NCBI GenBank assembly: GCA_963727825.1
Contig: CAVSHO010000011.1
Location: 288,001-352,000 of the forward strand
Reading direction: 5' to 3'
DNA from: Ignavibacteriota bacterium
GTDB taxonomy: Bacteria; Bacteroidota; Ignavibacteria; UBA10030
DNA: 64,000 bases
Below the pieces are notes generated by a model. The model made no database searches. It saw only the letters and a list, made by a program, of their open reading frames with translations, and had not been told where the DNA came from. The first letter of the stretch is position 1; each line of letters opens with the position of its first letter. Positions 9,251 through 18,996 of this stretch are shown in pieces. Both the position numbers and the translations under genes were made by a program.

Positions 9251-9811
9251 TTAATCAAGCATAAAACGTTCAAGTTTTTCATCAACGCGAGCCCTTCGTT
9301 GTGACTCTATAAAATCGCGGTATTGTTCCCCATTATCAAAATAGGAATTTCTAAAAGATAGATCCGTACGATCTGAATTTCGAATATCTATCCATTCCTT
9401 GTAGTCAGAAAACTCCCATTCTTCCGGTGTATTGACTAATTGTGCCGAAACTGGATTAAGATGTATGTAGGCACATAACTGAACAGTATACAAGTCGTTA
9501 TCTACCTCGCGAGCTTTCGCTCTGCCTTCGAAAAGCGTTCCTGATCTCTAATATTGTTTATTGAACGCCTGTGTGTATGCATTAAATAGTGTCTGAATGC
9601 AGCGTTGAATGGAGCCCTCTAATGATTGCTGGAGCAGGAAATGGAAATGATTGGGCATGAGACAATATGCACGAATGGAGATTTTATACTCGATTGCGTA
9701 TTTGTGCATAAGCCGCAAGCAATAGCGATAATTTTCTTGTGAGAGAAATATTTTTCCTTTGTTCGCACCTCTGTTATAAACGTGGTAGTATTTTTCTGGT
9801 TTGTATTTCAT
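9251..9811 (-). pseudogene. REP-associated tyrosine transposase (RAYT) with one in-frame TAG
   Basis: YYHVYNRG; CLMPNHFH HUH motif; FNKQY*RSGTLFEGR; catalytic YIHLNPV; both ORF halves share one frame. Confidence 0.85.
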
Positions 9812-9820
9812 TGTGGTAGC

Positions 9821-9855
9821 AACCTTGCGAAGGATTGGGAACCTTCGTAAGGGTT
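9821..9855. repeat. REP palindrome (right flank, degenerate)
   Basis: AACCTTGCGAAGG-ATTGGG-AACCTTCGTAAGGGTT. Confidence 0.85.
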
Positions 9856-9858
9856 GTG

Positions 9859-11724
9859 TTATTGCACAACCAGTACCGGTATTTTCAACCGGTGCCGCAC
9901 TTTCGAGATTGAAGTTCCAAAAATAATATCTTTAATACCGCGATGCCCATGTGCGCCCATCACCAACAAATCAACCTTCTGCTCATCTGCAATACGGACA
10001 ATTTCATTCGATATTCGCCCGAAACCGAGCACGGCTTTAACTTCTAATCCTGAAGTGCGCAGCTGTTTAGCATGACCTTCTAAATGTTCCATATCGTCAC
10101 GCGCTTCGTTATCATAGGCATTCTTACCAAATATCTGTCCTCCCACTCCCTCAACAACATGTATTAACACAAGATGCGAGCTGTTTTGTTGTGCAAGTGT
10201 TCGTGCATGTGCTAATACTTTAGAATCCATTTTGCTTAAATCGAGTGCAACTCCAATATTGGCAAATGGATGTTGTTCAAATTCAATTTGTTCAATTTCA
10301 AATGGCATTGCTAATCTTCTCCTTCGCCAAGTTTTTGGTAACGATATATAAATAAGGAGCATATATATAAAAACACTTATTGGTATAATAGTTAACCAAA
10401 GAATGATCGCATCATTTCCTGCACTAGAAATCCAATCGGTAATAGTACTTATCGATAACTGAACAGTAAGCACAACAATAAAAAAAGCTGAAATCCAGGC
10501 AAGGATGTTGACCCATTGCTTATTCGCAAATATTCCCATTTTTTCTTTATCACTAGTGAAATGAATCAATGGAATAACGGCAAAAGGAAGCTGTAGGCTT
10601 AAAATGATTTGGCTTAATATCAGCAGTTTATACGTACCTTCATCTCCACTTAAAACGATTACGATAACAGCCGGCACAATAGCGAGCATTCGCGTAAGCA
10701 ATCGGCGGATCATAGGCCTCATTTTAAAATGAAGAAATCCCTCCATCACAATCTGGCCTGCATATGTTCCGGTAAGAGTCGAACTTTGACCCGATGCAAG
10801 CAAAGCTGCGGCAAACAGCACTCCTGCGAATGTCGTACCAAGTAATGGCACCAATAACGAATGAGCTTGTTGTATTTCAGTAACAATCAATCCATGTTTA
10901 TAAAATACGGATGCAGCTACAATAAGAATTGCTGCGTTCACAAGAAATGCGGCATTCAATGCAATCGAAGTATCGATTAAATTAAACTTGCATGCTTGCC
11001 GCTTCCCTTCCTCCGTTTGCTCTACCAATCTTGTTTGAACAAGCGCTGAATGCAGATATAAATTATGCGGCATGACCGTTGCACCAAGAATTCCAATAGC
11101 GATGTAAAGATTCTGGGAATTTAATCGCGGAATAAATCCTTTTACAACTTCTGAGAAAACAGGTTTAGAAAGAAATACTTCAATGCCAAAACAAACACCC
11201 ATCAACGACACAAGCATCACAATAAAAAATTCCATCTTTCGGATACCAAAATTCTGAATCAGCATAAAGATCAGAGTATCGAAACCTGTGAGAATAACAC
11301 CAATGATTAGCGGCAGCTTAAAAAGAAGATTTAAACCAATCGCCGTGCCGAGTACTTCAGCGAGATCACAAGCGGCGATTGCAATTTCGCAAAGCACCCA
11401 TAAACAAATTGCAACCGGTCTCGGATATTCATCCCGGCATGCTTGTGCAAGATCGCGGCCCATAACAATGCCAAGCCGGGCAGCCAGTGTTTGTAAAAGC
11501 ACCGCCATCAAATTCGATATTAAAATAACCCACAGCAGATCATATCCAAATCGCGAGCCACCTTCGATGTCAGTTGCCCAGTTGCCTGGATCCATATAAC
11601 CAACGCTAATAAGATATGCAGGCCCGGCAAAAGCAAGGAATCGCTTAATCACCCCATAATTTTGGGGAATGCCCACAGAACCATGAACGTCTGAAAGCGA
11701 TTCAGATGATTGGTTATTTTTCAT
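9859..11724 (-). CDS. mntH: Nramp divalent metal transporter fused to a C-terminal universal stress protein domain
   Basis: YMDPGN and MPHNLYLHS Nramp motifs; C-terminal DLLVMGAHG...FGT USP signature. Confidence 0.92.
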   Translation of the reverse strand: MKNNQSSESLSDVHGSVGIPQNYGVIKRFLAFAGPAYLISVGYMDPGNWATDIEGGSRFGYDLLWVILISNLMAVLLQTLAARLGIVMGRDLAQACRDEYPRPVAICLWVLCEIAIAACDLAEVLGTAIGLNLLFKLPLIIGVILTGFDTLIFMLIQNFGIRKMEFFIVMLVSLMGVCFGIEVFLSKPVFSEVVKGFIPRLNSQNLYIAIGILGATVMPHNLYLHSALVQTRLVEQTEEGKRQACKFNLIDTSIALNAAFLVNAAILIVAASVFYKHGLIVTEIQQAHSLLVPLLGTTFAGVLFAAALLASGQSSTLTGTYAGQIVMEGFLHFKMRPMIRRLLTRMLAIVPAVIVIVLSGDEGTYKLLILSQIILSLQLPFAVIPLIHFTSDKEKMGIFANKQWVNILAWISAFFIVVLTVQLSISTITDWISSAGNDAIILWLTIIPISVFIYMLLIYISLPKTWRRRRLAMPFEIEQIEFEQHPFANIGVALDLSKMDSKVLAHARTLAQQNSSHLVLIHVVEGVGGQIFGKNAYDNEARDDMEHLEGHAKQLRTSGLEVKAVLGFGRISNEIVRIADEQKVDLLVMGAHGHRGIKDIIFGTSISKVRHRLKIPVLVVQ

Positions 11725-11754
11725 GTTTTTATTTTCTAATGCTGATAACTGACT

Positions 11755-11817
11755 TTTGTTCGTCTCGAACTAAGTTCGAGACGCGATCTCGACTCACCGC
11801 TGGCGGGACGGAACAAA
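11755..11817. repeat. Composite palindromic element upstream of mntH
   Basis: Perfect hairpin CGTCTCGAAC-TAA-GTTCGAGACG (11761-11783); outer arms TTTGTTC/GAACAAA; CCGC-TG-GCGG. Confidence 0.6.
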
Positions 11818-11827
11818 TGCGAACTAA

Positions 11828-12541
11828 TCATTTTTCCTTCTTCTCGAATATTTCATCCGATAGCCCAATGTTGATTTTGTAATTTGAATAAGCAACTGTA
11901 ATAGTACCGTTTCGCGGCATGGAACGCTGAATACCTTCTAACTGATTGTCTATGGGAGATGAAGTATCTTTCTGCGCTTTATCCGATTCTGATTCAAATA
12001 ATACGACCAATTTTGATGGAAGCCAATATTTTTCTTGCTGGCATTCATAAGTAAATATCATAGAAAGCGTCCGACCTTCATAAGGAATAGTTTCTATTTT
12101 CGTGATCGTCCAATTTATTGGGTCCACCCAGATTGAAAGCGCACGTAAGCGGGTCTTTACGTCTTTAGCGGCAAGAAGAAGTTTGTACAACATTTTCCCA
12201 TCCATCGTGTCGCGCACCGCCGAAGTTGTGAGGTAATGTTCATGCAGCATCGATGGATTCAATGCAACGCCCTCACGCGGCATAAGTAGAAACCCTGGTG
12301 ATGAGAAATGAACTTTATCAGGCTTCTTGAAGAACAACTCCGCATGCATTTTTGGGATTTGCACTCGTTCCATATTGATTTCAGCATCGATGACAGCAGA
12401 GAAATCCTTTACTTCATTGAAACCTTTGACGACCTTTGCTAAAATTTCATTAGTATCCTTAATTTTATCTATCCTTTGAGCAAGCGCACTACTCATTATC
12501 AATCCGATTATCAATAATACTTTCAAGATTTTCATAAACAT
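11828..12541 (-). CDS. LolA-like outer-membrane lipoprotein carrier/sorting protein
   Basis: Signal peptide; FKKPDKVH, IWVDP, WLPSK, YSNYKINIGLSDEIF pattern typical of the LolA-like fold. Confidence 0.7.
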   Translation of the reverse strand: MFMKILKVLLIIGLIMSSALAQRIDKIKDTNEILAKVVKGFNEVKDFSAVIDAEINMERVQIPKMHAELFFKKPDKVHFSSPGFLLMPREGVALNPSMLHEHYLTTSAVRDTMDGKMLYKLLLAAKDVKTRLRALSIWVDPINWTITKIETIPYEGRTLSMIFTYECQQEKYWLPSKLVVLFESESDKAQKDTSSPIDNQLEGIQRSMPRNGTITVAYSNYKINIGLSDEIFEKKEK

Positions 12542-12599
12542 CCTTTACTATTTAACAGGACTGAGCGATATCCTGGTGCGTATTTGTATTAAACGCAGT

Positions 12600-13871
12600 C
12601 TAAACTACTATAGTTTCCTGTGCCGTGACAATCTTATTGTAAATCAGCATTAAAATTGTGCCAAGCACACCGATGCCTATGAGCGCAAACCAGATTAATT
12701 CCGGCTTACCGTTCGCTTTCGATGTCTGATATAACCATCCGCCTATTGGATCGCCGACAAATCTCGCAATCGCTATAGGCAGGAATGCATATCCTTGAAA
12801 TAATCCTTGCTGACCGGGAGGAGCGATCTCAGATATGTATTCGTAATACCGCGGTGCTTGGATCATTTCACCAACTGCAAATGCAACAATTCCAGCCGCA
12901 ATGGTTGGTATACTTGGATAAATACCTATAATCAACCAGATGAGACTAGAGATTGCAAAACCAAGAACAATAGCGTTGCGCGTTGGAATATTCTTCGTGA
13001 GACGGTTGAGTGGAATCTGAAATAGAATAATTGCGCCGGCTGCAGCCCATGACTGGAGAATTTCATAGGGCGCATTCGCATTTATATAATCTGTAACGTA
13101 ATAAGGAACAATAATAAATTCCTGCCAGAAAATAATCCAATAGAGGGAATAGATAAGAAGAAAAATCATGAACTTTACATTTGCCAGAACGACGAATAGA
13201 TTGGCAATTTTCTTTCCGAGCGATTCCACAACAACCGTCTGCTTGCTTTTCACTTCTTTATAGAGAAGTAAATTTACAATGAGCATAGAAAAACAACTTA
13301 TAGACGATACCATGTAAACAAACGCATTGCCAAAGCTATCTCGTACAAAATAAGCGATCGTGGGACCTAACATCGCTCCGACATTCACCAACCAATAATA
13401 CACAGCAAAGCCAAGCGACTTAGTTTCCTCTTTGGAAGTGACCGCAACTGTTCCCAATACAGACGGTTTGATAAATGAGCCGCCAAAAGCGGTAAGGACA
13501 AGAAATATCATCAACAGCCAATAAAGATTGAAGTTGCTATACACTCCGGCAAAAGCAGTCATTCCAAGTGAGCCAATCAAGAAATATCCAAGAGCGAGAA
13601 TTGAGAATGCAATGTTGAATGCGCGGCGGAATCCCCATTTATCTGCAAGTGTGCCGCCAAGGATTGGAAGTAAATAAATCAAACCGCCAAAAATACCGGA
13701 AAGCTGTCCAGCCTCTGTTTCCGTGAAGCCGAGTTTGTTACGAAGATAAATCATAAAAACAATTTGCTGACCGTAATACGCCAGCCGTTCGAACAATTCC
13801 ATACCATTTGCTACCCAGAATGTTGGATGGAATCCATTTCTTATCTCCTGCACTCTTGCTTTAATATCCAC
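12600..13871 (-). CDS. MFS transporter, POT/PTR peptide transporter family
   Basis: ELFERLAYYG motif; GGTLADKWGFRR; multiple TM helices. Confidence 0.85.
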   Translation of the reverse strand: MDIKARVQEIRNGFHPTFWVANGMELFERLAYYGQQIVFMIYLRNKLGFTETEAGQLSGIFGGLIYLLPILGGTLADKWGFRRAFNIAFSILALGYFLIGSLGMTAFAGVYSNFNLYWLLMIFLVLTAFGGSFIKPSVLGTVAVTSKEETKSLGFAVYYWLVNVGAMLGPTIAYFVRDSFGNAFVYMVSSISCFSMLIVNLLLYKEVKSKQTVVVESLGKKIANLFVVLANVKFMIFLLIYSLYWIIFWQEFIIVPYYVTDYINANAPYEILQSWAAAGAIILFQIPLNRLTKNIPTRNAIVLGFAISSLIWLIIGIYPSIPTIAAGIVAFAVGEMIQAPRYYEYISEIAPPGQQGLFQGYAFLPIAIARFVGDPIGGWLYQTSKANGKPELIWFALIGIGVLGTILMLIYNKIVTAQETIVV

Positions 13872-13903
13872 GTACTCTCCTTGCTTTGAGGCAATTCAAA
13901 TTT

Positions 13904-14740
13904 TTATGAAAGAATGTCCTTCTTCACAAAGACGCTCCACGCCCCCAGCACAGCTGCTAACGTCCACGAACCCATATACAACAACCCAATTTTGACCTCG
14001 TTCCATGGAATAGGATCCGTAAATATTTTTTGCCACATGTCGAGATACCTTGTAAAAAGAAATTTCTTGGGGATTTCAAACATCTCTACCGGCATAACTG
14101 TAATAACTGTGCACACAATCAATAGTCCCATTGTAGCGACAATTGGTCCGATTGCATTCTCGACAAACGATGAGAAGAAAAAAGAAATCGATGCGATGGT
14201 AATCATAGTCCATGTGGCAAGAAGATAGGCAATGAAAAACCGCCACCCAACTTCTGATTCGGGGAGAAGAAGAATGTTACTAGATAGAATAATAAGATCG
14301 CCGCGACCAAACAAAGCCAGAGCTAAACCGATACTCAAAGCTGCCAAGAAGAAGACAAAAATAACTGTATAAATAATTGTTGTGATATATTTGGAGATAA
14401 AAATACGTGTACGTGAAACAGGCCGAATAAGAATGAGACGGTAGGTGCCCGCTGTCGCTTCACCAGCAAGTTGATCTCCTGCAACAAATGAAATCAATAA
14501 CGGGATGTGTAACCATAGACTATTCATAATTTGATGAGCGACAAACCAGCCATTAAAAATATTCCCAAAAAATAAAAAATCCTTAGATAATCCGCGCATT
14601 GCCATTGTCAAGAAACGACCACCTTCTAACTTCATTGCAATTTCCACTAAAGGGACAATTAGCAATACAATTCCGAAACCGAGATACGTGCGCTTCTTCA
14701 GAAATATTTTTATGAGTTCGTAATAAATAAGCCGAATCAT
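13904..14740 (-). CDS. ABC-2 type transporter permease
   Basis: AGEATAGTYRLILIRPVSRTRIFISK motif; about 6 TM helices; FVKKDI end; overlaps the ATPase gene. Confidence 0.85.
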   Translation of the reverse strand: MIRLIYYELIKIFLKKRTYLGFGIVLLIVPLVEIAMKLEGGRFLTMAMRGLSKDFLFFGNIFNGWFVAHQIMNSLWLHIPLLISFVAGDQLAGEATAGTYRLILIRPVSRTRIFISKYITTIIYTVIFVFFLAALSIGLALALFGRGDLIILSSNILLLPESEVGWRFFIAYLLATWTMITIASISFFFSSFVENAIGPIVATMGLLIVCTVITVMPVEMFEIPKKFLFTRYLDMWQKIFTDPIPWNEVKIGLLYMGSWTLAAVLGAWSVFVKKDILS

Positions 14741-15663
14741 ACGCGCGCCTCATTTGAATGTTCGGTCATAGAAAGAAATAAATCTTCGAGCGAGCGTTTC
14801 GGTATTAATGCCTGCACGTGAACTCCTGCAAGTACAAGTGATTTGTTTAACTCAGGAATGTCGGCAAAATCCATCCAAACTTTGAATATTCCTTCTTTCA
14901 CTTCGTATTTTCGAATATTATTATTCAGCTGCATTAAAACGGACTCAACCTTCTCTTGCGGTTTAGCATGAATAACGATGTACTTTTCACCTTCATCTAA
15001 CAGTCTGCTCACATCACCTTGTACAACTGATTCACCGTTGTTGATTATCACCATTCGATTAGCAACTAATTCAATTTCATTCAGCAGGTGCGAAGAAAGA
15101 ATGATTGTTTTCTTCTGGTCGTGTGAAAGATGCATAATGAGATCTCGCACCTCTTTCATCCCCTGCGGGTCGAGCCCATTTGTAGGTTCATCGAGGATGA
15201 CAAGTTCAGGATCAGACAGCAATGCTTGCGCAATACCCAATCGCTGTTTCATTCCATGTGAATATGTTTTTACACGGTCAGTAGCACGTCTTGTTAAACC
15301 TACTAAATCCAGTACTTCTAAAATCCTCTTTCGTTCCGCACCACCTGAAAGTGCGCCAATAATTTCGAGATTTTTATATGCTGAGAGATATAAATAGAAA
15401 TCAGGCTTCTCTACAATTCCTCCGACTAGCCTCAGTGCATCCGACCGACGAGACTTGAGCGAATAACCAAAAAGTTCTGTTTCACCCATTGTCGGTTTAA
15501 TAAGCGATAAAATCATTCGGATGGTAGTACTTTTTCCTGCTCCATTTGGTCCAAGAAAGCCAAACACGTCTCCGCGTTGAACTTCAAGATTAAGATTCTT
15601 GACAGCCCAGCGCTTTCCATAACGTTTTCCTAGTTGTCGTGTTTGTAAAATATATTCGTTCAT
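14737..15663 (-). CDS. ABC transporter ATP-binding protein
   Basis: GPNGAGKST, YSHGMKQR, ILDEP, SSH. Confidence 0.93.
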   Translation of the reverse strand: MNEYILQTRQLGKRYGKRWAVKNLNLEVQRGDVFGFLGPNGAGKSTTIRMILSLIKPTMGETELFGYSLKSRRSDALRLVGGIVEKPDFYLYLSAYKNLEIIGALSGGAERKRILEVLDLVGLTRRATDRVKTYSHGMKQRLGIAQALLSDPELVILDEPTNGLDPQGMKEVRDLIMHLSHDQKKTIILSSHLLNEIELVANRMVIINNGESVVQGDVSRLLDEGEKYIVIHAKPQEKVESVLMQLNNNIRKYEVKEGIFKVWMDFADIPELNKSLVLAGVHVQALIPKRSLEDLFLSMTEHSNEARV

Positions 15664-15834
15664 GTCAGGTCGTTAAAATAACATTAATCCCAATGCCAAT
15701 ATACCAAGCTCTTCATTCTCGTTCAACAGAAAAACAATTTTCATGTTTTGTAAGAATTTATTTGGAGAATTACGTCGGAATCTGTATCTTAACTAAGGTA
15801 AAGTATTATTCAATTAACATATCTAAGCAGGATA

Positions 15835-16833
15835 ATGAGCAAATTATATACAGTTGCAGTCGCAGGAGCGACTGGTTTAGTTGGACGTACTATGACGGCC
15901 GTATTAGAAGAACAAAATTTTCCGGTGGCACGTTTTGTTCCGCTTGCATCCGCGCGTTCCGCTGGGACAGAAGTTATATTTCAAGGAAAACCCGTAAAAG
16001 TTCAAACACTAACAGGAGAAAGTTTTACAGGAGTAGACTTCGCGCTTTTTTCTGCAGGTGCAAATACTAGCAAAGAATTTTCTCCAAAGGCAGCTAAGCA
16101 TGGCACAATTGTTATTGATAATAGCAGTGCATTTCGGATGGATCCTGATGTTCCGCTCGTTGTGCCGGAAGTAAATCCCGAAGACGCCTTCAAACATCAC
16201 GGTATCATCGCCAATCCAAATTGTTCAACTATTCAGATGGTAGTAGTCTTGAAGCCGCTGCATGATGCATTTGGTATCAAGCGCGTTGTGGTTTCCACAT
16301 ATCAATCTGTTACAGGTGCAGGCAAAAAAGGTGTCAACCAACTGGAAGATGAAATGGCAAAAAGGCCGATGCGCGAAAAAAAATTTCCCCATCCAATTGC
16401 GTTCAATGTTTTGCCGCATATTGATGTTTTCCTTCCGGATGGTTATACGAAAGAAGAACAGAAAATGGTGTTAGAGACAAAAAAAATTATGGGCGCAGAT
16501 ATTCCACTCACAGCGACAGCTGTGCGCGTGCCTGTGTTCGGAGGACACAGTGAATCGGTGAACATTGAATTTGAACAGCCATGCACTCCAGAAGAAGTGC
16601 GTACAATTCTGAATAGTGCACCGAGTGTCATTGTGGAAGACGATCCGTCAAAGAATCTCTATCCGATGCCGATAAACGCATATGGAAAGAACGAGGTTTT
16701 CGTCGGACGCATCCGAAAAGATTTTAGTATTGCAAATGGCATCAACCTCTGGATCGTCTCGGATAACGTCCGGAAAGGTGCCGCTACAAATGCAGTGCAA
16801 ATTGCAGAATTGCTCGCTTCACGGATGAAATAA
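15835..16833 (+). CDS. asd: Aspartate-semialdehyde dehydrogenase
   Basis: GATGLVG, DNSSAFRM, ANPNCST, DNVRKGAATNAVQIAE. Confidence 0.97.
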   Translation: MSKLYTVAVAGATGLVGRTMTAVLEEQNFPVARFVPLASARSAGTEVIFQGKPVKVQTLTGESFTGVDFALFSAGANTSKEFSPKAAKHGTIVIDNSSAFRMDPDVPLVVPEVNPEDAFKHHGIIANPNCSTIQMVVVLKPLHDAFGIKRVVVSTYQSVTGAGKKGVNQLEDEMAKRPMREKKFPHPIAFNVLPHIDVFLPDGYTKEEQKMVLETKKIMGADIPLTATAVRVPVFGGHSESVNIEFEQPCTPEEVRTILNSAPSVIVEDDPSKNLYPMPINAYGKNEVFVGRIRKDFSIANGINLWIVSDNVRKGAATNAVQIAELLASRMK

Positions 16834-16850
16834 AGACAAGGTCTATAAAA

Positions 16851-18245
16851 ATGATTGTAATGAAATTCGGCGGCACTTCTGTTGAAGATGCTAAATCGAT
16901 GCGCACGGTAATCGAAGTTATCCGGAAGGAACGGGCACAAACACCAATTGTAGTGCTTTCTGCTATTTCCGGTGCAACCAACATACTTTTAGAATCTGCA
17001 CGAACTGCACAAGAGGGTAAACTCGAAAGCGCCATCCTACTTTTAAATGGACTCTTCGACCGCCATGTAACTGTAATGGAAAATCTTATCGACAATCGCC
17101 AGACGGTGCAGCAGCTTATAGCGTCATTCAAGCAGCGGTTTGAAGAACTACAGAATCTTTGCCAAGGCATCGCTATTCTTGGTGAATTAACAAATCGTTC
17201 TTTGGATGCCATTGCTTCTGTCGGTGAGCTTCTATCCACGCAAATTCTCAGCGAGGCAATTCGAACACAAGGACTCCCGGCACAATGGGTTGATGCACGA
17301 ACATTTATGATTACAGATAGTAACTTTACTTCAGCAGCCCCGCAATTCGATCAGATTGATGCCAAAGTAAAAGAAATTCTATCTCCGTTAATAGCCTCAA
17401 GTAAGATTATAATTACTCAAGGATTTATCGGATCAAATGTCAAAGGCATAACCACAACGTTAGGCCGCGGAGGTTCAGACTATTCCGCATCAATTATTGG
17501 CGCAGCACTGGATGCCAAGGAAATTCAAATCTGGACGGATGTCGATGGCATACTAACGGCGGATCCGCGCATTGCTCCGGGGGCGCAGAAACTCAGAATG
17601 ATTTCATTTCGCGAAGCGGCGGAACTTGCATACTTTGGCGCTAAAGTCTTACACCCCAGTACGATCTTCCCTGCGGTGGAGAAAGATATTCCTGTGGTGG
17701 TATTAAATTCAAAGCGCCCGGGAAATAGCGGCACTCGAATAGTTTCTCATCCGCCCAAAACACACATTCCAGTAAAATCCATTGCATGCAAGCGTGGCAT
17801 TACAGTTGTAAATGTGCAATCACTGCGGATGTTGATGGCATATGGTTTCCTGGAGTCGATTTTTTCTGTCTTCAACAAATATCAGACATCAGTTGATCTC
17901 GTCAGCACATCTGAGGTTGCCGTTTCGCTTACAATCGATAATACAGCGACGCTTGATAAAATTGTCGTTGAACTTTCCGAATTCGCTGAAGTCTCTATCC
18001 TAAAACACCAAGGGATCATCTGCATCGTGGGTGATCAAATGCGCTCTACTGCCGGTGTTGCCGATCAGATTTTTAATGCGCTGCACGAAGTTAACTTGGT
18101 AATGATCTCTCAGGGGGCATCGGAAATCAATATGAGTTTAGTTATTGATGAAACAAAGGTAGATGAAGCCGTACGGCGGTTGCACAAGCAATTCTTTGAA
18201 TCTATTCCTGATACAGATATGTTTGAACCAGTTGGAGACAAGTAA
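16851..18245 (+). CDS. lysC: Aspartate kinase
   Basis: KFGGTSV, TTLGRGGSDYSA, WTDVDG, C-terminal ACT domains. Confidence 0.95.
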   Translation: MIVMKFGGTSVEDAKSMRTVIEVIRKERAQTPIVVLSAISGATNILLESARTAQEGKLESAILLLNGLFDRHVTVMENLIDNRQTVQQLIASFKQRFEELQNLCQGIAILGELTNRSLDAIASVGELLSTQILSEAIRTQGLPAQWVDARTFMITDSNFTSAAPQFDQIDAKVKEILSPLIASSKIIITQGFIGSNVKGITTTLGRGGSDYSASIIGAALDAKEIQIWTDVDGILTADPRIAPGAQKLRMISFREAAELAYFGAKVLHPSTIFPAVEKDIPVVVLNSKRPGNSGTRIVSHPPKTHIPVKSIACKRGITVVNVQSLRMLMAYGFLESIFSVFNKYQTSVDLVSTSEVAVSLTIDNTATLDKIVVELSEFAEVSILKHQGIICIVGDQMRSTAGVADQIFNALHEVNLVMISQGASEINMSLVIDETKVDEAVRRLHKQFFESIPDTDMFEPVGDK

Positions 18246-18250
18246 TTTCC

Positions 18251-18982
18251 ATGCGCATAGCTATTGTTGGATACGGAAAGATGGGCAAAGAGATCGAACG
18301 CCTCGCAATTGAGCGTGGCTGGAGCATTGATCTACGTGTCGATATTGACACACCGCCTGTAACTAAGGTACAGCGTGAAAATGTAGATGTGGTAATTCAT
18401 TATGCATATGCCAAAGACATAGTTAACGATCTTACCCCTTGGGCAGAGGCGCATAAACCAATTGTCGTCGGAACGACCGGCTGGCAGAACCAATTGCAAA
18501 ACGTAGAAGCTCTTGTTATAAAGAACAAGATCGGTTTAATTTACTCATCAAATTTTTCACTCGGCGTTAATATTTTCTTTCATCTTGTTAAGACTACGGC
18601 ACAGATGATGGATAAGTTTGAGGATTATGATGCTTTCATTCAAGAAATTCATCACAAAAATAAAATCGATAGCCCTAGCGGAACCGCGCTAACGATGGGA
18701 CGGATTGTTCTTGAGCACCTGCGAAGGAAAAAAGAATTGCTGACCGAAACATCACACAATAAAATACTGCCCGAACAACTTCATGTTTCCTCTAGTCGAA
18801 GTGGCACAGTTGTCGGCACACATACACTCGCATTCGACTCTGCCGCAGATATGATTGAATTAAAACATACAGCAAAAAATCGTTCTGGCATGGCACTGGG
18901 TACATTATTCGCAGCAGAATGGATTCGCGAGAAAAAAGGACTCTTCACAATGGATGATGCATTTCAAGATCTCTTCAAATAA
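18251..18982 (+). CDS. dapB: 4-hydroxy-tetrahydrodipicolinate reductase
   Basis: GYGKMG, VVGTTG, NFSLGVN, EIHHKNKIDSPSGTA. Confidence 0.95.
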   Translation: MRIAIVGYGKMGKEIERLAIERGWSIDLRVDIDTPPVTKVQRENVDVVIHYAYAKDIVNDLTPWAEAHKPIVVGTTGWQNQLQNVEALVIKNKIGLIYSSNFSLGVNIFFHLVKTTAQMMDKFEDYDAFIQEIHHKNKIDSPSGTALTMGRIVLEHLRRKKELLTETSHNKILPEQLHVSSSRSGTVVGTHTLAFDSAADMIELKHTAKNRSGMALGTLFAAEWIREKKGLFTMDDAFQDLFK

Positions 18983-18996
18983 GGAGACCGTTAGCC

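Larger units (their letters stand above)
9213..9855 (-). mobile_element. RAYT/REP unit (IS200/IS605-related Y1 HUH transposase flanked by REP palindromes)
   Basis: Transposase gene bracketed by near-identical AACCTTGCGAAGG palindromes at both ends. Confidence 0.8.

Noticed and set aside
15664-15834. Lysine riboswitch upstream of asd-lysC-dapB-dapA
   Set aside because: Short, AT-rich divergent region without the conserved L-box motifs or a terminator
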